Position numbers and translations under genes: made by a program. Below, piece by piece: positions 28,791-44,145 of a DNA stretch of 64,000 nt (position 1 is its first letter; each line of letters opens with the position of its first letter). The DNA is from Halarcobacter sp. (GTDB lineage Bacteria; Campylobacterota; Campylobacteria; Campylobacterales; Arcobacteraceae): assembly GCA_048571215.1 (NCBI GenBank), contig CP182352.1, forward strand, positions 3,264,001-3,328,000, read 5' to 3'. Under the pieces are notes generated by a model. It saw only the letters and a list, made by a program, of their open reading frames with translations, was not told the DNA's origin and did no database searches.

Positions 28791-28938
28791 TACACACCCT
28801 GAAATAAAATTTAATCTTATTATATATGAATTTATATTTATATAATATCAAAAAATAAAATAAAAAACACTTTTCTATTTAAATAAGTTTTAAGATTATT
28901 TATATAATAATCATTAATATTATTTAAAAGGAGTAAGT

Positions 28939-29178
28939 ATGAAAAGAGTTTTATTGTTGTTAATCTTAGGATTTAGTTTTATTTGGGCACAAATAGATTT
29001 AAATAATGCATCAAAGGATGAGTTAATGGCTATTAAGGGGATTGGTGAAAAAAAAGCGCAACAAATAATAGAGTATAGGAAAACAAAAAAGATAGAAAAT
29101 ATTGAGGAGCTTGCTTCTTTAAAAGGTTTTGGTCCTGCACTTATTAGTAATATAAAAGAGGAAAATAAGAGTAAATAA
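28939..29178 (+). CDS. ComEA-family helix-hairpin-helix DNA-binding protein
   Basis: Signal peptide; IDLNNASKDELMAIKGIGEKKAQQIIEYR and LKGFG. Confidence 0.9.
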   Translation: MKRVLLLLILGFSFIWAQIDLNNASKDELMAIKGIGEKKAQQIIEYRKTKKIENIEELASLKGFGPALISNIKEENKSK

Positions 29179-29251
29179 ATTTTTTAAATTTTAAAATAAG
29201 TATTGTACTTTATTAATTTTTTGCTAAAATATAGCAAAAAAGGCAAAAGCA

Positions 29252-29668
29252 TTGAAAATATCAGTTAACTCATTTTGCCCTTGTGGCAGTACCAAAAAAT
29301 ATAAGAAGTGTTGTAAGATATTCCATGATGGCTCAAATCCAAAAAATGCCTTGGAACTAATGAAATCAAGATATACAGCTTTTGCCGCCAATGAGTATAA
29401 GTATATTATAAAAACTACACATAAGGAAAATAGCGATTATTCTTCTGATAAAGAGAGTTGGAAAAACTCGATTTTGGAGTTTTCTAAAATTAGTAAATTT
29501 GAGAAGTTAGATATTTTGGAGTTTATTGATGGTGAGAATGAAGCTTTCGTGACCTTTAAAGCTACAATTTTTCAAGGTGCCATTGATGTTTCTTTTATAG
29601 AAAAAAGTAGATTTTTAAAAGATGATGGAGTTTGGTATTATCATAGTGGCGAATTCCTAAATGAATAA
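29252..29668 (+). CDS. YchJ-family SEC-C motif protein
   Basis: CPCGSTKKYKKCC, ALELMKSRY, VTFKA, EKSRF...WYY. Confidence 0.9.
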   Translation: MKISVNSFCPCGSTKKYKKCCKIFHDGSNPKNALELMKSRYTAFAANEYKYIIKTTHKENSDYSSDKESWKNSILEFSKISKFEKLDILEFIDGENEAFVTFKATIFQGAIDVSFIEKSRFLKDDGVWYYHSGEFLNE

Positions 29669-30332
29669 AATTATTGAAAAGGCTTTTGAGGGAGTAGTTG
29701 GAAATATACTTCTACTCTCTTTATTTATAACTCTTTGTCTGATCACTTTTGTAATTGTTAGTTATCAAATCGATAATAATTTTGCAAAAAAAATTACTGC
29801 AATTGTATTTACTAATGTATTAGTTGGAAGGGTTCCTGCTTTATCTTTAGGATATGCAGCAAGTTTACCCCATTTTATTGTTATATTCATTAATATTCTT
29901 GTTGAGATGATTTTAGTAACTTTGTTTTATCCACTTTTTGTTTATAGTTTTAAAGGGATAGTAAAAATAAAATTATTGGAAGATTTTTTTAATGAAGTAA
30001 AAAATAAAAAAGAATCACATCAAAAAAAATTTGATAGATATGGAAAGTTTGGGCTTTTTATATTTGTTTTTATTCCTTTTTGGATGACAGGCCCAATAGT
30101 TGGGTCAATAATTGGATTTTTGATTGGAATGAAACACTATACAGTTATATTTATTGTATTTATTGCAACTGTAATTTCAATAACTCTATGGGGCTTGTTT
30201 TTACAAGAGATAATTAATTTTTTATTAAATTTTAATGCCCAGCTTGCATGGATTGTTTTATTTATAGTAGTGATATTTTTACTAATACTTAGGTTTAAAG
30301 ATAAAATATTTAAAAAGGATAAAAATAAATGA
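29661..30332 (+). CDS. Small multi-drug export-family membrane protein
   Basis: YGKFGLFIFVFIPFWMTGPIVGSIIG, multiple TM segments. Confidence 0.8.
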   Translation: MNKIIEKAFEGVVGNILLLSLFITLCLITFVIVSYQIDNNFAKKITAIVFTNVLVGRVPALSLGYAASLPHFIVIFINILVEMILVTLFYPLFVYSFKGIVKIKLLEDFFNEVKNKKESHQKKFDRYGKFGLFIFVFIPFWMTGPIVGSIIGFLIGMKHYTVIFIVFIATVISITLWGLFLQEIINFLLNFNAQLAWIVLFIVVIFLLILRFKDKIFKKDKNK

Positions 30333-31066
30333 AAATACTTTTAGCACCAGCAGAAACAAAAAATAGTGGTGGAACTCAAAACCCATTTTGTAAAAACAAT
30401 TTTTGCTTTGAAGATTTATTTCCAAAAAGAGAAGAGATATTTGATATATATGAAGATTTTATAAATAATTCTACAATTGAAGAGTTATCTTCTTGGTTTG
30501 GTTTAAAAAAGTTAGAAGATGTAGCAAAATATAAGACTAGTTTAAAAGATAAACCAACAATGAAAGCTATAAACCGATATAGTGGAGTTGCTTTTGATGC
30601 TTTAGCTTATAATAGTTTAGATAAAAGAATACAGAATTATATTGATGAAAATGTAGTTATATTCTCAAATCTATTTGGACCACTTTTAGCAAAAGATTTA
30701 ATCCCTGATTATAAGTATAAACAAGGGGCAAAATTACCTAATATAAATGTAGAAAAATTTTATATGGATAATTTCACAGAAAAATTGGATGATTTTGTAG
30801 CAGATGAGGTTATAGATTTAAGAGCTGGATTTTATGAAAAATTTTATAAAGTAAAAAAAGCAAATGTTTTAACTTTTAAGTTTATAAAAGATGGAAAAGT
30901 TGTATCCCATTGGGCTAAACATTATAGAGGAAAAGTTTTGCAAGAGATAGCTAAAAATGGGATAAAAAACCATAGTGAGTTTATGAATATGCAAATACCT
31001 GGGCTCAAACTAAAAGAGATACAAGAGAAAAACAATATAAGATTATTGATAATGGAAATTGTTTAA
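30329..31066 (+). CDS. YaaA-family peroxide stress protein
   Basis: ILLAPAETK, AINRYSGVAFDAL, SNLFGPL, IPDY, SHWAKHYRG. Confidence 0.87.
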   Translation: MKILLAPAETKNSGGTQNPFCKNNFCFEDLFPKREEIFDIYEDFINNSTIEELSSWFGLKKLEDVAKYKTSLKDKPTMKAINRYSGVAFDALAYNSLDKRIQNYIDENVVIFSNLFGPLLAKDLIPDYKYKQGAKLPNINVEKFYMDNFTEKLDDFVADEVIDLRAGFYEKFYKVKKANVLTFKFIKDGKVVSHWAKHYRGKVLQEIAKNGIKNHSEFMNMQIPGLKLKEIQEKNNIRLLIMEIV

Positions 31067-31077
31067 TTTATAAAAAA

Positions 31078-32169
31078 TTAATTAGTATTTGGAAGTCTTT
31101 TATTATATAAAAAAACTAATGCACAAAAAGAGAAAAATGAAGAGTATAAAAATAGATATTCTCCATAAAGCCATCCTGCAATTAGTGCACCTAAAAATCC
31201 TCCTAGACCATATGCAACTCCATACATAAATTGTTGTGCTAACTTTTTATTTTCATATAAAGTATATAAAAACATAATTGTAGCACTGTGATAAAGTCCA
31301 AATGAAAAGGCATGAATACTTTGAGTTAAGAAGGTAAGTGTTATATTATCAGGAAAGGCAAAAAGTAAAAACCATCTAAGAACTGTTATAGCAATTGAGA
31401 ATTTGATTATACTTAAAAGATTTTTTTTCAAAAGTGGTGCTTGGAAATATAAAAGTATAATCTCACAAATAACACCAAATGACCACATATAAGAGGTTAA
31501 CTCTAAACTTATACCATGTTCCGTCTCATATATAGTAAAAAAGTTATAAAATCCCCCAAAACTTAGTTGCATAAAAAATAAACTAACCCACAAAGGCCAA
31601 TACTTAAAAAATGAAAATGGTTCTTTTGATTCTTTTTCATTATGACTAATATCATCATATTTAAGTAATGAAAAAGCAAAGCTTGTTGTAAGTACAATTA
31701 CTGCTAAATAATAGTGTAGGGCAATAAACGGGTGGGTCAAAAAATGCCCTAAGACTAAAGATATGAGAGTAAAACCAATAGAACCATATAGTCGTGATTT
31801 ACCATATCTATCTTTCCCTAGTATTTTTATTGCAGTTACTTCTAAGTAAGGAAGTATTAAAGACAAAGCAGCACCTAAAATGGCATTGTTTATCATAAAA
31901 GCGTAAAAATTTTCAATTGTCAAATAAAAGAATAGTGCACAAATAACTGAAAGCAATAGTGCAGATTTAAATACTCTTTGATTTAGTGTTATATGTTTTA
32001 AAAATAAAAAAGGAGTAGCAAACCTCATTAAAGGAGCTAAAGCGAATACTACCCCAATTTGCATGGCACTGTAGCCTAAATCATGTAATACTTTTGGCAA
32101 AAAGATAATATATACACCAACAGCAGCAAAGTAAAAAAAGTAAAATGCAGAGAGTTTAAAAAAGTGCAT
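31078..32169 (-). CDS. MFS transporter (MFS_1_like/HcaT-like)
   Basis: FYFFYFAAVG, YGKSRLYGSIGF, GVICEI, QSIHAFSFG. Confidence 0.87.
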   Translation of the reverse strand: MHFFKLSAFYFFYFAAVGVYIIFLPKVLHDLGYSAMQIGVVFALAPLMRFATPFLFLKHITLNQRVFKSALLLSVICALFFYLTIENFYAFMINNAILGAALSLILPYLEVTAIKILGKDRYGKSRLYGSIGFTLISLVLGHFLTHPFIALHYYLAVIVLTTSFAFSLLKYDDISHNEKESKEPFSFFKYWPLWVSLFFMQLSFGGFYNFFTIYETEHGISLELTSYMWSFGVICEIILLYFQAPLLKKNLLSIIKFSIAITVLRWFLLFAFPDNITLTFLTQSIHAFSFGLYHSATIMFLYTLYENKKLAQQFMYGVAYGLGGFLGALIAGWLYGEYLFLYSSFFSFCALVFLYNKRLPNTN

Positions 32170-32636
32170 TATTCTTCATTGATAAGAATAGTATTTGAAA
32201 GTATATCTTGAAAAGTTTTTTTTTCTTTATTAAAAAAAGGTATAAATAGTAAAAATATAGATACCAAAGCAATTAAAGTTGTAATATATCTTATGAGGAT
32301 ATGAATAATAGTAACTTTTTCAAGTTTAGAAGTAACAAGTTTAAGCTTATATGCTTTCATCCCAGGCGTTTGTTGTTTTATTGCCCAAAATAAAATTATA
32401 ATAATAGAATGTGTAGCTAAAATCATAGCCCATCCAGATAATCTATTTTCTGCAAATTCGGCTCCACTACCCATAATAAAATAGATAACAATATATAAAA
32501 TTGGAGTTGTAATTAAAAATGAATCAGTTAAAAAGGCTTTTAGTCTAGATCCAAGAGATGCACAAGAGGTTTTATCTTCCTCTTGTAAAGGTTTGTTTTT
32601 TTGTTTTTTGTTTTTTACATCTCTCCATTTAGCCAT
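32169..32636 (-). CDS. RDD family protein
   Basis: ASLGSRLKAFLTD, QTPGMKA, RY, TFQDILSNT. Confidence 0.88.
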   Translation of the reverse strand: MAKWRDVKNKKQKNKPLQEEDKTSCASLGSRLKAFLTDSFLITTPILYIVIYFIMGSGAEFAENRLSGWAMILATHSIIIILFWAIKQQTPGMKAYKLKLVTSKLEKVTIIHILIRYITTLIALVSIFLLFIPFFNKEKKTFQDILSNTILINEE

Positions 32637-32640
32637 TTAT

Positions 32641-33249
32641 TTAATTTCCTCGGCTTCCCGGTTTATAAGCTATACTTCCCTCTTTACACATAGGACAATC
32701 TTCAGGAGAATACATTTCAAAAGTAAAATCATCTAAAGCAAAAAGTGGTTTATCTAAAGGAAGTTTACAATTATCTTTTGCTTTTATATCACTTCCCACT
32801 CTTGAGCAAAAACCTCTATTTGCCAAAGCTGCATATGCAACAATATTTCCACCATCATTTTCAACTTGATAAGCCGCTTCAAGCGCAGAACCACCAGTTG
32901 TTATGATATCTTCACATATTATATAGTTTTCACCCTCTTGTACTTCAAAACCTCTTCTAATAGTCATCTTTCCATCAACTCTTTCTGCAAAAATAAATCT
33001 TACATCAAGGGCAGTTGCTAGTGCAAAACCAGCAATCAATCCACCAAGAGCAGGTGAGCAGATAGCATCAACTTTTATTCCAGATTCTTTGATTTGTTTA
33101 GCTAACTCTTCTGCTAATAGTTTTGCAGTTTTTGGGTCTTCTAAAACCTTTGCAGATTGAAGATAAAATGATGAGTGGTTTCCACTACTTAGTTTAAAGT
33201 GTCCTTCTAATAGAGCACTTGCATCTTTATAAATTTGTTCTACGTTCAT
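32641..33249 (-). CDS. pyrE: Orotate phosphoribosyltransferase
   Basis: [18 protein letters not shown] motif [10 protein letters not shown]. Confidence 0.95.
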   Translation of the reverse strand: MNVEQIYKDASALLEGHFKLSSGNHSSFYLQSAKVLEDPKTAKLLAEELAKQIKESGIKVDAICSPALGGLIAGFALATALDVRFIFAERVDGKMTIRRGFEVQEGENYIICEDIITTGGSALEAAYQVENDGGNIVAYAALANRGFCSRVGSDIKAKDNCKLPLDKPLFALDDFTFEMYSPEDCPMCKEGSIAYKPGSRGN

Positions 33250-33259
33250 ATTCTTCCAA

Positions 33260-33817
33260 TTATACTTTTAAGATTTCAGCTTCTTTTGCTTTAAATGTTT
33301 CATCTGCTTTTGCTACATATTCATCAGTGATTTTTTGGATGTCATCTAATGCTTTTTTGTTTTCATCATCTGTAATCTCTTTATCTTTATGAAGTTTTTT
33401 TACTTTATCATTGGCATGTTTTCTTACATTTCTTATGGCAACTTTTGCATCGTCGGTCATACCTTTACCTTGTTTTGCACTTTCTTGTCTTTGTTCAACT
33501 GTCATTGGTGGAAAAAATAGTTTGATGAAATCACCATCATTATTTGGATTTACTCCAATGTTTGCTTCTTGAATAGCTTTTTCAATTGCTCCTAAAAGAG
33601 TTTTTTCCCATGGGTTTACAGCTATAGTTGTAGCATCAATTGCTGTTACTGATCCAACTTGATTAAGTGGAGTTTGAGTCCCATAATAATCAATAGAAAC
33701 ACCATCTAAAACAGCAGGACTAACTTTTCCTGTTCTTAATGTTTTATAATCTCTTTTTAAAGCCTCGATTGACTTTTCCATATGTTCTTTTGTTTCTGCA
33801 TAAATCTCTTCTAACAT
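33260..33817 (-). CDS. frr: Ribosome recycling factor
   Basis: [39 protein letters not shown]. Confidence 0.97.
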   Translation of the reverse strand: MLEEIYAETKEHMEKSIEALKRDYKTLRTGKVSPAVLDGVSIDYYGTQTPLNQVGSVTAIDATTIAVNPWEKTLLGAIEKAIQEANIGVNPNNDGDFIKLFFPPMTVEQRQESAKQGKGMTDDAKVAIRNVRKHANDKVKKLHKDKEITDDENKKALDDIQKITDEYVAKADETFKAKEAEILKV

Positions 33818-33997
33818 TCTTTATTCTCCTTATTTAAATCTTTGTATTTTATAAAATTTGGTAAAGATTATACCATTATATACTTTATTGTATAGATTTA
33901 GATATAAAAATATATCAATTTTTGAAAAGCTTACCTTGGGTAGGCAAATTTTGCTACCCAAAGTGATATTTTGAAGTAGTGAATACTTCATTAGTGT

Positions 33998-34357
33998 TTA
34001 GTTTTTAGTTGGAACTGAAGGAACTGCTGGTGCACTAGTTGGCGCTGCAGGAGCACTTTGCTCATTTTTTTCAACTGGAGTTGAAGGGATTAAACTTTCT
34101 GTTTTTACACTGTCTACTGCACTTGATAATCTTTGTTGGTTAAAAAGATATCCAAGTGATACGGTGTTTATTACAAATATAAGCCCTAAACCCATAGTTA
34201 GTTTTGCTAAAAAGTTACCAGGTCCTTTTGCTCCAAACAGTGATTCATTACTCCCACTATAAGCTCCTAGACCCATACTAGCACTCTTTTGCAATAAAAT
34301 TGTTATTGTTATTAGAATGGCTAAAATAAATTGTACTATTAAAAGTGTTGATGACAT
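33998..34357 (-). CDS. secG: Preprotein translocase subunit SecG
   Basis: ILLQKSASMGLGAYSGSNESLFGAKGPGNFLAKLT; conserved secG-frr-pyrE order. Confidence 0.93.
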   Translation of the reverse strand: MSSTLLIVQFILAILITITILLQKSASMGLGAYSGSNESLFGAKGPGNFLAKLTMGLGLIFVINTVSLGYLFNQQRLSSAVDSVKTESLIPSTPVEKNEQSAPAAPTSAPAVPSVPTKN

Positions 34358-34427
34358 TATTTTTCCTTTTAAAAAAATGGTATGAATTTTACCTAAAACT
34401 AATTAAATTTAAGCTAAAATAAAATTT

Positions 34428-35123
34428 ATGTCAATAAAAAATCAATTTTCTAAATATGCAAAAGATTATAACAATCACAATATTATTCAACAAATTGCTG
34501 CAAAGGCTTTAGTTCGAGATATAAAAAAACAACCTAAAAAAATCCTTGAAATTGGTTGTGGTTCAGGACAAGTATATAAATATATATCTTGGGAAACAAA
34601 TAGTTACCATGCAATTGATTTTTCAGCTTCTATGTGTGAGCTTCACCCTAAAGGGGACAATATCAAGGTCGCTTGTTTTGATTTTGACTCTGAGGATTTT
34701 TTTAGTTTTTTAGAAAACAAAAGATTTGATATGGTTATCTCTTCATCTGCAATGCAATGGTCGAAAGATTTAAAAAAGCTTATTAAAAATATATCAAAAA
34801 CTACAAATGAAATAAATGCTGTTTTATTTACCTCAAATACTTTTAAAACTATTCAAGATATAACAAAAATAAAATCACCAATACTTTCATTGGATGAGAT
34901 AAAAGAAGCTTTTTCAAATAGTTTTAAATGTGATTTTGAAGTTCATAATTATAACTTAGAATTTGATAATAAAAAAGAGCTATTTGATTATATTAAAAAA
35001 TCAGGAGTAAGTGGAGCTAATTCAAATCTTGATTTTAAAAATGCAAAAAAACTGTTTAAAGAGTATCCTTTAAACTATTTAGAGTTTGAAGTTGTATTTA
35101 TTAAAACTGTTTCTAAATTATAA
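34428..35123 (+). CDS. SAM-dependent methyltransferase, BioC-like
   Basis: FSKYAKDY...IIQQIAA, ILEIGCGSG, SSAMQW, IKKSGVSG. Confidence 0.78.
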   Translation: MSIKNQFSKYAKDYNNHNIIQQIAAKALVRDIKKQPKKILEIGCGSGQVYKYISWETNSYHAIDFSASMCELHPKGDNIKVACFDFDSEDFFSFLENKRFDMVISSSAMQWSKDLKKLIKNISKTTNEINAVLFTSNTFKTIQDITKIKSPILSLDEIKEAFSNSFKCDFEVHNYNLEFDNKKELFDYIKKSGVSGANSNLDFKNAKKLFKEYPLNYLEFEVVFIKTVSKL

Positions 35124-35482
35124 AGTTCATATCTTATATATTTAAAATTTTCACTTGATTCTATTGAGATTAGTTTGCAAAACTCTTCTAATACCCTTGA
35201 ACTCTCTTGAGCTCTTTTGAAGTTTGCTATTAAAATAGATTGTAGGTTTGTTCTATTTTGTTCACTTTTTATTGATTGTCTTAGTACATCGTTTTGAACA
35301 TCCCTAGAGTTTAGTAAATCATCATAGTTTTCTATTCTAGATAAGTGTCTTAGATTTTTTAGTTTTGTAGATGTATCTTTATCATTATAGATATATCTAA
35401 AAATATCCTCAACTACTCTTATACCTTCTCTTAAACGGTTTAAGTTAGCATCAATAAGTCTTAGATTGTTTTGGTTTATCAT
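35075..35482 (-). CDS. Stand-alone ThiD2-like domain protein (N-terminal domain of long ThiE proteins)
   Basis: RLIDANLNRLREGIRVVED, LKNLRH, ANFKRAQESSRVLEE, RYELYNLE. Confidence 0.85.
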   Translation of the reverse strand: MINQNNLRLIDANLNRLREGIRVVEDIFRYIYNDKDTSTKLKNLRHLSRIENYDDLLNSRDVQNDVLRQSIKSEQNRTNLQSILIANFKRAQESSRVLEEFCKLISIESSENFKYIRYELYNLETVLINTTSNSK

Positions 35483-35494
35483 ATTTATTTTGAA

Positions 35495-35521
35495 AAAGTA
35501 GCTTCATTAAGAAGCTACTTT
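35495..35521 (-). terminator. Intrinsic terminator after the YccA-like gene
   Basis: AAAGTAGCTTC-ATTAA-GAAGCTACTTT. Confidence 0.7.
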
Positions 35522-35522
35522 G

Positions 35523-36218
35523 TTAATCATCACTACCTAAAATACCAAAGATTTGAAGTAATGAAACAAATAGATTAAAGAAATCTAAATATAAAGCAAT
35601 TGCCGCTTCAATTGGTGTTGAAAAACCACCTTTTATAATTTGTTGCGTATCGTATAGTATAAACGCAGAAAATAGTATAGCACCAAATCCTGCAATACCT
35701 AATTGAAATAGTGGAGATTGAAAAAATATATTTGAAATAGAACCTACTATTAATATAATAAGAGCAATGAATAACATTTTACCCATACTTGAAAAATCTC
35801 TTTTAGTAGTCATTGCAAACATTGAAATTCCACCAAATGCTACAGAAGTCATTAAAAATGCTTGTGCAACTATTGATGCTCCTGATGGCATATTGAAAAT
35901 ACTACTTAATAAAGGAGTTAATGTTAACCCACTTACAAAAGTAAATCCAAATAGTACTGCTAAATTAACTCCTGGTTTATTTTTAACAGCAAATAATGAA
36001 AATAATAGAATAAACTCTAATATTACTAACCCCCAATACCAGCTTGCAATTGTTGAAACCATATCTAAACCAATATAAGCTCCTGCAGTCGCTGCAAGTA
36101 ATGAACCAGCAAATAATTGATATGTTGCTTTCAAAAAGCTCATTAATTGAGCTCTAGACGAATCAACAGAACCATTATATTGAGATGTGTCTTGCGAAAG
36201 ATAATCTCTATTGTACAT
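35523..36218 (-). CDS. Bax inhibitor-1/YccA family membrane protein
   Basis: FLKATY, TTKRDFS, FILYDTQQI, ALYLDFFNLF; about 7 TM segments. Confidence 0.92.
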   Translation of the reverse strand: MYNRDYLSQDTSQYNGSVDSSRAQLMSFLKATYQLFAGSLLAATAGAYIGLDMVSTIASWYWGLVILEFILLFSLFAVKNKPGVNLAVLFGFTFVSGLTLTPLLSSIFNMPSGASIVAQAFLMTSVAFGGISMFAMTTKRDFSSMGKMLFIALIILIVGSISNIFFQSPLFQLGIAGFGAILFSAFILYDTQQIIKGGFSTPIEAAIALYLDFFNLFVSLLQIFGILGSDD

Positions 36219-36412
36219 TTTAATCCTTTCTCTTTTTTTTGTTATTTTATAATGTTAGTCTTAATATTTACTTTAAAATTATAAATTAGATGTAATGTGT
36301 AAATTTTTGTCTATATATAATATTGTTAAAAATAAGAAAAAGCTTATATTAAAAGCTTTTTTAAACAAATGAAATTTTTTCCAAAATTTAAGCCTATATT
36401 AAGAGTAAACCC

Positions 36413-36441
36413 TTGACAAGAGGAAAAAAATCTATTATAAT
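36413..36441 (+). promoter_or_regulatory. rRNA operon sigma70 promoter
   Basis: Consensus TTGACA, 17 bp, TATAAT, followed by TCCCGTCC discriminator. Confidence 0.9.
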
Positions 36442-36503
36442 TCCCGTCCAATTTCAGAGGAACGACATCAAAAGTAAATGATGAGAGAGCCTAGGGGATA
36501 GGA

Positions 36504-36516
36504 TGATCTTTAACAA
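36504..36516 (+). promoter_or_regulatory. rrn leader boxA antitermination element
   Basis: TGATCTTTAACAA versus consensus TGCTCTTTAACA. Confidence 0.75.
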
Positions 36517-36728
36517 TAAAAGGTTTGTAAAGAAGTAATCTTTATAAACCGAATATGATAATAACGAAGAACAAGAAGATATGGTAAAACATATCCTTGT
36601 CTATTAAAGTATTCTAAAAGAATTAATTTTTTTAGAGTACTACTTTAAGCTTTTAACTATGAGAGTAGTTAAAACACATGAGTGATAGTTTTGTAATGTA
36701 AATTATAAAAATGTCAGTTTCAAACACT

Positions 36729-38245
<1,517 letters not shown>

Positions 38246-38367
38246 CAGAGAAAAGAAGAGTTATTCGATTAACTCTTCTAAAATATCTATTAAAAATAGA
38301 TAGAGAAATGAAAAAAGTTATTATTGTGTTCGGTTTATAAAGATTATTTAAAAAATAGGTGACAAAT

Positions 38368-38444
38368 GGGCCTATAGCTCAGCTGGCTAGAGCGCTCGAC
38401 TGATAATCGTGAGGTCCCAGGTTCAAGTCCTGGTAGGCCCACCA
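38368..38444 (+). tRNA. tRNA-Ile (GAT)
   Basis: GGGCCTATAGCTCAG...CTGATAA...GGTTCAAGTCC...TAGGCCCACCA. Confidence 0.98.
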
Positions 38445-38474
38445 TTATTAAATAATCTGTAAAGATTTAGTTGT

Positions 38475-38550
38475 GGGGATATAGCTCAGCTGGGAGAGCG
38501 CCTGCCTTGCACGCAGGAGGTCAGCGGTTCGATCCCGCTTATCTCCACCA
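38475..38550 (+). tRNA. tRNA-Ala (TGC)
   Basis: GGGGATATAGCTCAG...TTGCACG...GGTTCGATCCC...ATCTCCACCA. Confidence 0.98.
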
Positions 38551-38941
38551 TCTATTATAAATCTGGGTTTAAAATGAAAATTTAAAATTTAAAAATGAAA
38601 TTTTTTTATCTTTGAATAATCATAATGTAAAACTAAATATAAGTCTTAAAGAATTAAGATTTATATTTGGTTTTTTAAAAACCAAAATGCTTTCAGACAT
38701 TATTCTGAAAATGATATTTAAAAATTTAATGTTAAAGTCTTTAATTTTTTCGTTTAATTAAATTTCGTATGAATTTAATTAAAAAATAAAAATTTAATAT
38801 CAAATTAACTTGAAAGAATTCAATTTTTTTAAGATAATAATGATAGACACAACTGTTTTGTTGAATATGTATGTATTCAATAAGATAGTAGCCAAGGAAT
38901 AATTATTCAAAAAGGTGAAGTAATGAAAATTACTTTGTCAA

Positions 38942-41825
<2,884 letters not shown>

Positions 41826-41965
41826 AATTAATATTTCTTGGTTTACTATCTTATTGAGTACACTCAATAAAGTAAATATTGTGTTTAAAGACTTTTAACA
41901 TTAACATTTTAACTCATTCAATGTGAGTACAAAGCAAACTTTTTAAGTTTGTTTGATACTCATAT

Positions 41966-42082
41966 TGCTGGTGGTTATTGCGAGGTGGAAATACCCAGCC
42001 CCATTCCGAACCTGGAAGTCAAGCACCTCTGCGCTGATAATACTGCAGGGTCCCCTTGTGGAAACGTAAGCCGCTGCCAGCT
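41966..42082 (+). rRNA. rrf: 5S rRNA (ends approximate)
   Basis: GCTGGTGG...CCCATTCCGAAC...GCTGCCAGC terminal helix. Confidence 0.96.
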
Positions 42083-42098
42083 CTTGAGTATTCTATTT

Positions 42099-42150
42099 AG
42101 CTTCTGTCTAATCTATCCTTCCCGATAGCTTTGACAGAAGCTTTTTTTTT
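42099..42150 (+). terminator. rRNA operon terminator
   Basis: AGCTTCTGTC...GACAGAAGCT stem followed by a T-tract. Confidence 0.8.
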
Positions 42151-42164
42151 ATCCTTTTTTATAT

Positions 42165-42896
42165 TTAATCACTTTTATTTGCCAATCTCTTTCTTATCTC
42201 TTTGCTTAAAGCCTCTTTTTTTAATGCAATTATTAAAGAGTTTTTTACTTCCTCATATGTTGCCGCTCTTTTTGGTTTATAGTCTTCTACAAAAAGAATT
42301 TCCCAAGCTTTATTATCTAGGTTTACTTTTATAAAATCATATGCTATTTTATCTTTTAATTGCATTTGAATAGTTTTATTAACTAAGTTCATATTTACCC
42401 AACCCATATCTCCATCTTTATTAATAGTATTAAAATCTGTTGAGTATTGCTGTACATATTTAATGAACCTAGGTAATCTATCTTTTTTGTTTTTTATAGC
42501 TTTTAGTTTATTTATAATTTTATCTGCACTAGATTCATATTTGACAATTATATTTCTTAATTTATATTTTTCAATAGTCTGGGGTTTTGTTTTATTGTAT
42601 AAAGATTTAATTTTCTCTTCACTTGGGGTATAGCCATTCATAAAATATTTAGACCACACTTCAAAAACAGTTATATTATCTATAGTTTTATAGATTGGTT
42701 TTTCTTCAATATCTTTTTTTACTAGAGAAGTTATTTTTTTAAGCTGTTCATATTCATTTGCTATTTGTTTTTGTTGTTCTAGAGTTAATTTGGTATAGTT
42801 TTGATTATATTGCTTATAGGTATAGAAATTTAACTCTTGATTGGCAAACAATGAGGCTGTTAGAAGTATAGAAAGATATATAGATTTTTTCTTCAT
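42165..42896 (-). CDS. Exported parvulin/PpiC-type peptidylprolyl isomerase-like protein
   Basis: Signal peptide; YKLRNIIVK, YSTDFNTINKDGDMGWV, ATYEEVK; the usual histidines appear substituted. Confidence 0.75.
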   Translation of the reverse strand: MKKKSIYLSILLTASLFANQELNFYTYKQYNQNYTKLTLEQQKQIANEYEQLKKITSLVKKDIEEKPIYKTIDNITVFEVWSKYFMNGYTPSEEKIKSLYNKTKPQTIEKYKLRNIIVKYESSADKIINKLKAIKNKKDRLPRFIKYVQQYSTDFNTINKDGDMGWVNMNLVNKTIQMQLKDKIAYDFIKVNLDNKAWEILFVEDYKPKRAATYEEVKNSLIIALKKEALSKEIRKRLANKSD

Positions 42897-42956
42897 ATTA
42901 TTCCTTTGAGATTAGTTATATAAAGTATCCCAAAATAATACTAAAATCAAGATAAA

Positions 42957-43289
42957 CTATTTTAAAGACTCAATAATCTGCTTTGAGCATATTCTTTTTC
43001 TTTCACCTATTTTAAATAGATGTTTTATTTTTCCATCACTTATAAATATATCAAACTTCATTTGTTCCATTGTAAACACTTTACAATTAGAATTTTTGTA
43101 TCTAAATATCATTTTTCCATTGCAGTATTTTTTGAAATCTTCTGGATTATCAAATCTTGTTAAACCTATATGTCTTTGTTTTGATTTTTCTACAACACAA
43201 TAACCCTCTTTAGTAAAGGAGTCTGGCTGAATAAACTTATCGTTTGATAGAAGTAAAATTGGTAGCGTAAGAAGTAGTTTTTTTAACAT
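42957..43289 (-). CDS. Hypothetical exported protein
   Basis: Signal-like N-terminus and 4 Cys; no clear RBS. Confidence 0.55.
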   Translation of the reverse strand: MLKKLLLTLPILLLSNDKFIQPDSFTKEGYCVVEKSKQRHIGLTRFDNPEDFKKYCNGKMIFRYKNSNCKVFTMEQMKFDIFISDGKIKHLFKIGERKRICSKQIIESLK

Positions 43290-43314
43290 AAAAAAAGGTG
43301 GGTGTACCCACCTT
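43290..43314 (-). terminator. rpsU intrinsic terminator
   Basis: AAGGTGGGT-GT-ACCCACCTT with a U-tract on the minus strand. Confidence 0.8.
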
Positions 43315-43329
43315 AAAATCTTTTGGATT

Positions 43330-43542
43330 TTACAGTCTAGACTCGTATCGTCTAAGCATGTATAATCTTTTAAGCATTTTCTTTCTAGCGTTAATTTTTT
43401 GTTTTTTTCTGATCTCTGTCATTGGTTCAAAAAATCTTCTAGCTCTAGTTTCAGTTACAATAAGATTTCTATCACATTGCTTCTTAAACCTTCTATATGC
43501 TTCGTCGAAAGATTCATTATCTTTAACTTTAATGCCTGGCAC
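43330..43542 (-). CDS. rpsU: 30S ribosomal protein S21
   Basis: (M)[21 protein letters not shown]...RRFFEP; GTG start at 43542. Confidence 0.96.
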   Translation of the reverse strand: MPGIKVKDNESFDEAYRRFKKQCDRNLIVTETRARRFFEPMTEIRKKQKINARKKMLKRLYMLRRYESRL

Positions 43543-43657
43543 TAAAATCACCCACTTTCTTTTTAAATTTTAGGTGCACATTATATTTAAAGTTTACTTA
43601 ATTCTTATTTAACTGAAAATATGGTAAAATTGATAATAAAAAAGAAAAAGGATTTTT

Positions 43658-44131
43658 GTGGATTTAACCCATTTAGACGAACAAAATAGACCTAAAATGG
43701 TTGATGTTTCTAATAAAAATGAGACCAAAAGAGTTGCTATTGCTTCTGGTATTATAAAGATGTCACAAGATGCTTTTGATGCGATTTTAGATAATAATAC
43801 AAAAAAGGGTCCAGTTCTTCAAACAGCAGTTATTGCTGCAATAATGGGAGTGAAAAAAACCTCCGATTTAATACCTATGTGTCATCCTTTATTACTTAGT
43901 GGGATTAACTGTGATGTTGAGGAATTAAAAGATTTACCTGGATTTAAACTAATTGTTACTGCTAAGTTAAATGGACAAACAGGAGTTGAAATGGAAGCCT
44001 TAACAGGTGTTTCGGTAGGATTGCTTACAATATATGATATGGTAAAAGCAATAGATAAATCGATGGTTATTTCAAATATTCAATTAGAAGAAAAAAATGG
44101 TGGTAAAAGTGGTGACTTTAAAAGAATTTAG
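43658..44131 (+). CDS. moaC: Cyclic pyranopterin monophosphate synthase
   Basis: [38 protein letters not shown]. Confidence 0.97.
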   Translation: MDLTHLDEQNRPKMVDVSNKNETKRVAIASGIIKMSQDAFDAILDNNTKKGPVLQTAVIAAIMGVKKTSDLIPMCHPLLLSGINCDVEELKDLPGFKLIVTAKLNGQTGVEMEALTGVSVGLLTIYDMVKAIDKSMVISNIQLEEKNGGKSGDFKRI

Positions 44132-44145
44132 AGGTAAAATATAAA

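Noticed and set aside
33935..33992. Two hairpins between secG and frr as a possible riboswitch or sRNA
   Set aside because: Adequately explained as secG terminator-type hairpins; no recognisable aptamer.
38551..38941. Cluster of AT-rich hairpins in the rRNA spacer as a novel ncRNA
   Set aside because: Largely explained by spacer boxA and the 23S processing stalk (TGTTAAAGTCTTT pairing with AAAGACTTTTAACA after 23S).
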